From Octopus sinensis (lineage: Eukaryota): 64,000 bases of DNA. This document shows positions 53,967 through 64,000 of this stretch, in pieces. Positions within the stretch are counted from its first letter, which is position 1. The number at the start of each line of letters is the position of its first letter. Location: contig NC_043001.1 in the NCBI RefSeq assembly GCF_006345805.1, positions 123,318,001 to 123,382,000 of the forward strand, in the 5' to 3' direction. The notes under the pieces were generated by a model that was not told the origin of the DNA, ran no database searches, and worked only from the letters and a program-made list of their open reading frames with translations. A program made the translations under genes and the position numbers.

Positions 53967-54417
53967 CACACACACACGCAATATATTGGGACTTCTGAAT
54001 CACTCTGTGAGTGTGTGCTCGTGTGTATTTGTATGTGATTGTGTACTTGTGTATTACAGTATTACAGATAAACGTATGTTTCAAAGTATACGTCAAAATA
54101 AATCTTAAGACAAGCTGTTTTCACACTGAGACTACTTAAGATATCCAAAGTTAAATTAATTAGAGCTATGACCACAACGTCTATGCCAATTAAATAGAAA
54201 AGAATGGAAGAATCTCACGACTATGTGTGCATGTATGTGTATTTATTGGTGTATTACTTGGAGGACACTAGGATTATTGATGTCTTTTTTAGACACTGTA
54301 TTGGGTTTTTTGTTTCCTATAGAGCCAGAGGTCACAGACATCGGAATCGAACTTATATCATTATTGATAAATGGCTTCGGTATCAAAACCTCGTGGTACT
54401 TGGAACATGAGTAGCTA

Positions 54418-54450
<33 letters not shown>

Positions 54451-55321
54451 TGTATGTATGTATGTATGTATGTATGTATGTATGTATGTATGTATGTATG
54501 TATGCATGTATGTATGTATGTATGTATGTATGCATTTATGTGTATATGTGTGTGTGTATGAATCTAAGTATATATAAAGTACGGGTGTATACGCATAATC
54601 TTGTAATATATATATATATATATGTTAAACTGTTGATTAATCTACTACAAGATTATTCATCTTTCTATTTCACATAATATATATATATATACATACAAAC
54701 ATACAAACATACACACAGACACACACAGACACACAGATACACACACATACACATACACACACTCACATATACATATATATATATATACATACATAAATAC
54801 ATACACACACGCGCACGTATGTACTACAAAGTCGTATATAAATGCGTCTGTTTGCCTCACTCTCTTTCTCCCTCTACCTATCTACATATTTATGTGTATG
54901 TGTGTATATATATATGTGTGTGTTTATATATATATATATATATAACACTTACACATACACACACACACTCATACACGCATACATATATTCGTGTTTAAAA
55001 TAATAAATTCTGCTGTCTCAACGGCATTGTGAACTTCTCTTGATCTTTGTAAAATACTGTATTAAAAGGTAATAAAAGTTAATATACTTCAAACATGTCT
55101 CAAGTGTTAGAGTCACACAACAGGAAGTTTACCGAAGTCTAACAACGTTCTACCGAATCACTAGAAATGTAAACGTTCTTTCTTTTCTATTTTTTGTTGT
55201 TTTTTTTTGTTGTAGTTAAGAAATAGAAAGAATGCCAGATAGAAGTATGAAAAGAAGAAAAAAATAGAAAGAGAGAGAGCAACAGCAGGTGCAGAAAGAA
55301 GATACACTGATATGTATGTCT

Positions 55322-55379
<58 letters not shown>

Positions 55380-56328
55380 GAAGAGAGTAAGAGTGATGGT
55401 GAGAGGGAGAAGGGGGAAGATATAGAATGGCAACGTGAACTAACGAGGGAAAGAAGGAAAGAAAATTTGAAATAGAAATAAACAATGTGCTCAGTAGTTC
55501 GTATCCTATGACCTGCAGTGAATTGTTTTCGTGGCTATCAGACTTCATTCAAATTCCTGCGTTCTTCCGTATCTACGAACATATCTGCATACACATCGTT
55601 CTACTTGACTTTCTATCTACCAACTTACCTAAGCTTTTGCTAATAATTATTACTGTAGACAGTGCTGCAATGCAATGCGGATGTTTGTATCTCGTCAGTA
55701 GATGAAGCGAGAATTCTTGAACGTCATTGAATTCACCTTGTGCTTTAGCAGTGTCCATGTCCCATTATTGTTGAAAGAAGGGTGAGGGTGGTAGTGGTGG
55801 TGGGGTGGAGTGGGAAATCATCATCATCATCATCACCACCACCACCACCACCACCACCACCACACCACCACCATTATCATCATCATCATCATCATCAGAC
55901 TAGAGACTTGACCCTAATGCTCGCAACAGAGTCCGCTCCAAAGCATATCATAGGGCGGCCAAGTGGTGGTGTTAAACTGTGTGATGGACTATGCGTACCC
56001 GCAAGTATGACACGCCTTGATTTTTAACTCAGAATGCAAAGGTCCAGAAACCCCCCCCCCCAAAAAAAAAACTCAAAACAACCTGGACACTGCTCTAAAT
56101 ACTCTGGCAGTCAACCACCTTAAACTGAGACATTATTTATCAACCCCTATAGAATAAACGAATTTAACCTTAGTGGTATTTGAACTCAGAGACGAAAGAG
56201 CTGGAAATTATTTCGTCCAATGCTCTAACGGCTCTGCCATTTTGCATTCTTCTAAGCACATTAGTGGTTGAAGCCATCGAGTATATTTTGAGGGTTTGAT
56301 TTATGAACAGTGTTTGCAATATTTTATG

Positions 56329-56525
56329 TTTTACTTGTTCCAGCCATTATACGGCGTCCATGCTGGGTCATCGCCTCGAAGAAGTTTTTGCCGAATGCAT
56401 CAACCGCAGTACTTTTTTAAAAGCCTAATACTTAGTCGATCAGTCTCCTTTGCTGAATCGCTAAGTTACAGGGCCGTAAACACAACAATACTGGTTGTCA
56501 GTCGGTGGTAGGAGACATCTTCAGA

Positions 56526-56586
<61 letters not shown>

Positions 56587-56758
56587 ACACACACACATAC
56601 ATACATATATATACGACGTCCTTCTTTCACTTTCCGTGTACCAAATCTACTCACAATGCTTTGGTCGGCTCGAGCGATAGTTGGAGACTTTGCCCATGAT
56701 ACCACGCCGTTAGACTGAACCCGGAACTGTGTGACTGGGAATCAAACTTATTACCACA
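56329..56758 (-). mobile_element. Diverged family C SINE with expanded internal (CA)n
   Basis: Colinear with the other C copies. Confidence 0.8.
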
Positions 56759-57479
56759 GTGACTCACCAACACCTATGCTTAGGACTAAACCATTTATAA
56801 GAGCGGAAGTACTTCAGTCATGTGTGATGTAGTTAGGGATATTTTAGTTGTTGTTCCTTAATTCCATGTCAGCTCCTGATTGAGCAGATCCATGACCCTA
56901 AACATTCGAAGTAGTGACTAACCAGTCTTGTACCCACATCCACTTTATCAAACTTGTCCTTTCCTTTTTCTCAAGACGGCAGAATGTGATTAGAGAATCA
57001 CTTGGCTGCTATCTCCACTATGTTAAGTGATAATGTAGAGATTTCCTTGTTGAGTTTCAGTGACAGTGGTGATGACGTAACGAGTACAGGACATCAGTAG
57101 TACAGGCTTCATGTGAACAGGTTTCAATGGTGGTGAGAATGAAAACTAAATCGAAGCTAAGCATGATGCAGCTATAGTTTAAATCTTGGTCACCATCATT
57201 AGGACAGGTTTCCGCATCTGGTTTCATAGGACTCGCATGTAAGAAGATCTCGTGCGTAAAGGGGAACAACTACACACGACTTATTAGTTGGTGAGCAGCA
57301 CTTATTTCAAATGTAAGCTTCGTTTTATGTGTCGATTCAATTGCTACTCGATATCAAATGGGCGTGTATGTGAGTATGTATATCTATGTGTGTTTGTATG
57401 TGTGCCTGTGGATATATGAGTGTAAGGTGATTGTCAAAAGCTTGTGTACAATTATCTATATTAATACCAGTGCGTGCAT

Positions 57480-57626
57480 ATGTATGTATGCATGTATGTA
57501 TGTATGTATGTATGTATGTATGTATGTATGTATGTATGTATGTATGTTTGTATGTATGTATATATATATATATATATATATATAATGTATATATACATAT
57601 AAATATATCAATCTCTCTCTATATAT

Positions 57627-57664
<38 letters not shown>

Positions 57665-58068
57665 TTGATATATTTATATATATATACATTATATATATAT
57701 ATATATATACATACATACATATATAAATACATATATATATATATGGAATTGTATACACATACATATGCATATATACATACATATATATGCGTGTGTGTGT
57801 ATTTATGTATATATAATATAATACATACATAAATATAAGTACGTATGTGTGCTTGTATGTCATTTTATACATACACATACACACACTCACACACACATAT
57901 CTATGGGTGTACGTGTATGTATATATGAGTATGTTTTTCGAAAATACGTACACACACAGATATATATATATACATGCAATATGAGAGAAATCAATATTTT
58001 CTTTTATCTCAAAAGCATTTTAACACTTCTAATCTACGAGTTAAGAAAAATGTAAAAAAAAATGTTAA

Positions 58069-58108
<40 letters not shown>

Positions 58109-58290
58109 GATATACCTTCACACACATGCGCATAGACACACATATATATATAAGTATATGTATATATATATGTATGTATATATATGTGTGTCTGTGTATA
58201 TGTATATATATACATACAAACACATACCAACATCCATAAATACGCACGCACGTATATACACATACACACATACATACATACACATACAAC
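57480..58290. repeat. TATG/TA/AG microsatellite field
   Basis: Direct reading. Confidence 0.9.
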
Positions 58291-58918
58291 ATATATGTGT
58301 TATTACGTAGTCATGATGACAATTTCACGTACTATTGCAGTCTAACATCTGACTAGAATTCTGCTGGTGTGTGTTTCTAGAATCGCCCGTTTACTTGTGA
58401 ACGTACATAAATCTGTCTCGAAAATTTAATTATTGGGATCAATTGTGATTGTTTATGCTTTCTTTAGGTTGTTTTGTGCGTTTTCTTTTTCTTATTTCCC
58501 TTTTTAGAACTCACTCAGTTAGCCGATGACTGATACCACCAATTCACGAGTTCTATAATACTTCGACTTAATGTACTTAATGAATCGAAAACCTGTCTTT
58601 TAAAGAGAGAAATCGAATTTCCACTGATTTAGCCAACGGCCAATCGCTGGGAAGCGACTCATTGTTGAAAGAGACGCTAAAATCAGAAATGACGTAAATC
58701 AAGATTGATCGCTTTTATGTGTCGTTCCTATGCCGAGTTTAGCTGAGACGTGCGGTAGAGCAGCAGTAGTATGAGGAAGAAAGAGAGAGAAAAGGAGAGA
58801 GGAGGAGGAAGAGAGAGAGAGTGGTGAATAGAGAAGGCGAGTAAGAGGGATAGAAGGAGATGGAGAAGGAGAGAAAACGTTTAAGAAAGTGAGACATGAT
58901 AGAGAAAGTAAAAGTAAC

Positions 58919-58956
<38 letters not shown>

Positions 58957-59737
58957 AAAGAGTGAAAGAGAGAGAGAGTGACGTTGACAGACAGAGAGAT
59001 TGAAAATACACACATGCACGCATACGCACTCACACGCACTCACACGTGCACATTCACATGTGTATATGTATGTAGATGTGTTTTACAACTTTCCAGTCGA
59101 GGCAAGTGTTAGGAGCGAACACAAAGCGTTTATCACTTCTAAACTAGTATATAATTATGACACTACTATATTGATGTTATCAGGATCATAGATGGCATTA
59201 GCAACGATATTATGTAAAATGTATGACTATTGCAGATGAATAACATAAATACATTACTACTATATAAACATCGTTTTGCTTCTGTGTCGTTTTTATTTAT
59301 TTCATCCCTCAAATCAATGAGCAAAACACAAGGGGATGCACGTGTCAATGGACAGCTGTCGGTATTGACATGCATATTTGGTTGTTCTACTGCTTAAACT
59401 ATTATTGAATTAACCTGTATGTGGACGTGTGTTTCACAGATACGTTAACCCTTCCTGAACATAACGTAATTCTCAAATAAAATCAGCGTGACATGATGTA
59501 TGACGAAACTGGGTCTTTGCATTATATCTACAATCCATCCGACGGTCTTCTGTAGCTTTTGAATATTTAATTTCAGTTACAAGGTTCAGATTAACCGGAG
59601 ACTACGGAAAAAGTCATTTGTCCAAAATGCTACTCAGCGAAATACGATCTAGATTTTCGTGATTGCGAAGCGAACTTCTCAAATATTCAACGTGCTGTGT
59701 CCATAGATGCACATGTAGATACATACTTTCATAAATA

Positions 59738-59774
<37 letters not shown>

Positions 59775-59809
59775 ACACACACACACATACACACATCTTT
59801 TATCGTTTA

Positions 59810-60090
59810 TTTTTTTACTTGTTTCAGTCGTTAAACTGCTGCTATGCTGGGGCACCGCCTTGAAGAATTTTAGTTGAACTTATCAAGCCCAGTACTTATT
59901 ATTCTCTTGTAAAGCCTGGTATTTATCCTAACGGCGTCTTTTGCCGAGCGGCTAAGTTACAGTGACGGAAACATACCAACACCGGTTGTCAAGCGGTAGT
60001 GGACAGACACCAACGTAAAGACTCTACCTGTCTGTCTCTATCTCTCTCTTTGTCTCTCTGTCTCTATCTGCCTGTCTGTCTGTCTGTCTG

Positions 60091-60139
<49 letters not shown>

Positions 60140-60302
60140 TGTATATGCGACAGGCTTCTTTCAACTTACCCTCTACCAAATCCACTCACAAGGCTTTGCT
60201 CAGCCCGAGGCTATAGTAGAAGGCACTTGCCGAAAGTTGCGCCACACAGTGGGACTGAACCCGGGACCATGTAACTGGAAAGTAAACCTTTTACCACACA
60301 GC
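59810..60302 (-). mobile_element. Family C SINE with internal (CTGT)/(CT)n
   Basis: Colinear with the other C copies, but the internal tract has a different motif. Confidence 0.85.
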
Positions 60303-60316
60303 TTTGTTTGTTTGTT

Positions 60317-60357
<41 letters not shown>

Positions 60358-61159
60358 AACAACCGACTGTAATTGTCGTAGCATTATCGTGAGAAACGAC
60401 AGAGTTGCAGAGACAGTAGAACTTCGGGAAAACGGCTGAGCATTACGCAGATGCTCCTCTTTACATTTTAAGTTCGAATATTGCCACAACTCGATTTAGG
60501 CGCTCTATCTCAGTAGTATACTGGACGTATCTATTTGACTTTATGCGTTCCGAACTGAACTGTGATCTTGAGGCAATGCAAATATATCATTATTTTAGAT
60601 TTCCCTCCACCACCACGTAACATAAGCGATTGGACCCATAGTTAAAGATCCCCATGAAAGAATGGGAACGCTCTGTAAATTGACCACACGTTTAACTCTT
60701 CAAAGTTAATAAATTAATTTCACTTTCTGTGTGTCTACTATCTCTGTCTCGCCATCTCTCGCCTCTATTCATTTCCATCTAGACATTAAAACATGATCAT
60801 GCTTTTACAAATAGTTATATATAAATATAATTCAACTCGAAACAAAAGCATAATGGATAGGGAATAAATGTTTCAATAAAAAAGAAATCAAAATGTTACG
60901 ACGCAATTGTATTAAAAATTTCATTTGATTACGAAAACTTACTTAAATATTTAAGAAGTATTATATAAATCTTAACCAAACTCTGTAAATAATTGCTGAC
61001 ATTTGAAAATACTACTCTTTTACTTTAAGAAAACAACAAAATGAAAAGTGTTAACGTCTGCAGAATATTACACACACGCGCGCCCGCACACGCACATATA
61101 TGTGTGGGTGTGGGTGATATATGTGTGTAAGTATGTGTACATAAGTATACATATATAAT

Positions 61160-61373
61160 GAGAATTTACAAAGAACAAAAGACGAAGACGGGTGTGTAAA
61201 CAACAAACAGATGTATTAGTTTAACGCTTGGGAAGTGAGGAAGTCTTTTACGTTTCGAGCCTACGCTCTTCGACAGAAAGGAACACAGAAATAAACAGGG
61301 AGAGAAAATTAAAAAAAAAGGTTTAGTGGCTAGCGATCTATCATGGCGAATGCCGGACAGAGGGGTTACACAG
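61160..61373 (-). mobile_element. Putative Penelope-like terminal repeat fragment
   Basis: Interspersed repeat with related copies at about 25890 and 63584; carries a minimal hammerhead-like motif of the kind described for Penelope-like elements. No RT or GIY-YIG sequence is present to confirm it. Confidence 0.5.
61245..61280 (-). ncRNA. Minimal type I hammerhead-ribozyme-like motif (variant core)
   Basis: CUUU-CUGUCGAA-GAGC(GUAG)GCUC-GAAAC-GUA-AAAG: 4-bp stem I, 4-bp stem II, palindromic ACGU in place of stem III, GUH site; A6 replaced by U. Confidence 0.45.
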
Positions 61374-62347
61374 ATTTATCTACCTATCTAGATATCTATT
61401 TATCCATATATCTATCTGTCTGCGTCTCTATATCTGTGCGTGTGTACGCGTGTGTTTCATTATTTCAGTTTGCTCTACAAGTGAATATTCTTAATACACA
61501 AAAACAAAACAGCATCTGTCTATTGCTTTACTAGACTTTCGTAGACTTTGAGTGGTTTATGCTTAGCTGAGGATGTTCAATAATATATCCGGCGCTATAA
61601 CTATAATTCTGAAACTCACTCTTCTTTCTAAAGAGAGGGATAGGAAGATAGATAGATAAATAGATAGATAGATAACTAGACAGAGAGGCAGATAGATAGA
61701 GAGAGAGAGGGAGAGAGAGAGAAAGAGAGAGAGAAAAGAGAGATAAGAGGGAGCAGATTTAGAACACATTCTCAGTGAATTACATTCTGTGTACATGGTT
61801 TTAATATTGCTCGCAATGAAATAATCTTGCTTTTGAAAGTTGTTTCGTAGAAAACAAAAGACCACCAAATGTACACTGACAAACAGAAAGACTAACTGGT
61901 TGTTATTTTAATTATGGTTCGTCTTATTGTCTGCTTCTCTGATTGTGTTCTCCACAATACTGTTGCTGTAAGTTAGTTTTGGTAGCCTTGGTATTGAAGA
62001 GGGTGAAGTTTGATTGAAAAGGTGAGAGACAAATAGATAAACACTGAGCAAAAACGAAAGGAAAACAAACCAACAAAAAAAAGGGACATAATAAAGGTAA
62101 GAAAGAACAGTGAAATATTTTATAAATATAGCCGGCATTTCCATCGGAAATCATCGTCTGATGTCATTTGTTATATCAGGCATATTTAGTTTTTTTCAAA
62201 ATGGCTGTCTACTCCAAAACAATGAATCCTTCCTGTTTGTAGTAGCAATGCAAACGTAAACAAGTAAAACAATTGCTTCAGCCTCATATATATATATATA
62301 TTTGTGTGTAAGTATGTATGCATGTATTTGCGTATATATGCATATAT

Positions 62348-62675
62348 GCATGGCTCAGTGGTTAGAGCGTCGAGCTTACGATCGTGAGGTTGTGAGCTCG
62401 AATCCCGGACCGGGATGCGTGTTGTGTTCTTGAGCAAGACACTTTATTTCACGTTGCTCCAGTTCACTCAGCTGTAGAAATGAGTTGCGACGTCACAGGT
62501 GCCAAGCTGTATCGGCCTTTGCCTTTCCCTTGGATAACACTGGTGGCGTGGAAAGGGGAGGCCGGTATGCATGGGCGACTGCTGGTCTTCCATAAACAAC
62601 CATGCCCAGACTTGTGACTAGGAGGGTAACTTTCTAGGTGCAATCCCATGGTCAGTGTCGTGACCGAAGGGGGTC
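62348..62675 (+). mobile_element. tRNA-headed SINE, head H1 + tail T2
   Basis: TGGCTCAGTGGTTAGAGC A box, CTCGAATCCC B-box variant, CTTGAGCAAGACACTT CORE-like motif, ends GACCGAAGGGGGTC. Confidence 0.9.
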
Positions 62676-62679
62676 CCGG

Positions 62680-62716
<37 letters not shown>

Positions 62717-62721
62717 CATAC

Positions 62722-62766
<45 letters not shown>

Positions 62767-62787
62767 CATATACATATATATATATAG

Positions 62788-63172
62788 TTCTTTACTCTTA
62801 TTCTTTTACTTGCTTCAGTCATTTGAATGCGGCCATGTTGGAGCACAGCGTTTTTAGTTGAATCAGTTGACCCCAGGCCATATTCTTTGTAAGCTTGGTA
62901 TTTATTCTATCGGTTTCTTTTGCCGAACCTTTAAGTTACGGGCACATAAACATCCACAACGTCGATTGTGAAACGACGGTGAGGGGACAAACACAGACAC
63001 AAAGTCACATAAACACACACACATACACACACGCACACACACACACACTCACACACACACGCACACATATGTATATATGACGGGTTCTTTTTAAGTTTCC
63101 GTCTACCAAATCCACTCACAAGGCTTTGGTCGGCCCGAGGCTATAGTAGGAGACACTTACCACACAGCCACG
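62788..63172 (-). mobile_element. Family C SINE with B-box deletion
   Basis: Colinear with the other C copies, but about 60 nt are missing between GACACTT and ACCACAC. Confidence 0.85.
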
Positions 63173-63185
63173 TCTATATATAAAG

Positions 63186-63222
<37 letters not shown>

Positions 63223-63583
63223 CGTGTGTATCACCCCACCATGGCTGTAGTTTAATGACTGAAACGAGTAAAATAGTAAAAAAAGATATACACATGCAAT
63301 CCACTCGCATATATTGTGCACAATACACACACACATTTATTTTAGCATAGCTATGAAAATATGAATATGTATGTGTATGTCTGTCAGTGTGCTTTGTAGT
63401 TCCAGATATATAGATTAGCTAAAACGTTGTCTTTCTAATCACGAGGACGCGATTTCTTTCCCTCTAATTAGACGCTTATCGTGGCTATGTGTCTTCGACG
63501 TTGGGTTTATCCAGCATTTATGAGTGAAATTATTTGTGTTTGTGTGGAATCCAGTTGAGACTATGTATCTATTAGTCTATTAA

Positions 63584-63782
63584 TCGACAGAAAGGAACAC
63601 AGAAACAAACAGGGAGAGAAAATAGAAAAATGGTTTAGTGGGAGCGATTTATCATGGCGAATGCCGGATAGAGGAGTCACACAAATTTATCTACCTATCT
63701 AAATATCTATTAATCCATATATCTATCTGTCTGTATCTCTATCTATATATGTGCGTGTGTACGTGTGTATGTCATTATTTCA
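63584..63782 (+). repeat. About 199-bp diverged direct copy of 61270-61467
   Basis: Alignment covers the repeat segment plus the adjoining ATTTATCTACCTATCT...TCATTATTTCA sequence. Confidence 0.85.
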
Positions 63783-64000
63783 CTTTCGGGCCAAAATCTA
63801 ATATACTCACAGTCGAAATCGACGGAGGATCTCAAAACAGAAGAGAAAAATATATTCTTTCGCGTTTTAATTAGTTGTTCTTTCATTCTTTCAAGATAAG
63901 ATCATATTGAAGTTCTACTTTGACCCTTTTGATACCAACCCACCTGAAACCGCCACTGGCTCTGTAGTACAAACGTCTTGTTTTCATAGGTTCTGAATTA

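Overview
AT-rich eukaryotic non-coding DNA saturated with microsatellites ((TA)n, (CA)n, (TATG)n, (TCTA)n, trinucleotide compounds) and tRNA-headed SINEs. The repeat landscape resembles an Octopus genome; this is my recognition, not a database result. No intact host protein-coding gene can be supported, and almost every ORF in the supplied track is a microsatellite translation artefact. Real coding remnants are all transposon-derived: an R4/Dong-like non-LTR element in an (AAT)n array (41.7-43.2 kb), a Chapaev3-like DNA transposase (43.2-44.5 kb), an RTE-like 3' fragment (24.9-25.4 kb) and two CR1/L2/Jockey-group fragments (9.3 and 33.4 kb). SINE labels A, C, H1/H2 and T1/T2 are my own working names. 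The most interesting observations are: (i) Penelope-type minimal hammerhead-ribozyme-like motifs, one with intact stems but a variant CUGUCGAA core; (ii) SINEs built from interchangeable head/tail modules, including a TSD-flanked chimera; (iii) a SINE that grows internally as 184-bp head-to-tail units through a GGTAT junction; (iv) a SINE insertion carrying 138 bp of nearby DNA inside its TSD; (v) four long fold-back hairpins. Coordinates were counted by hand and may be off by a few bases.
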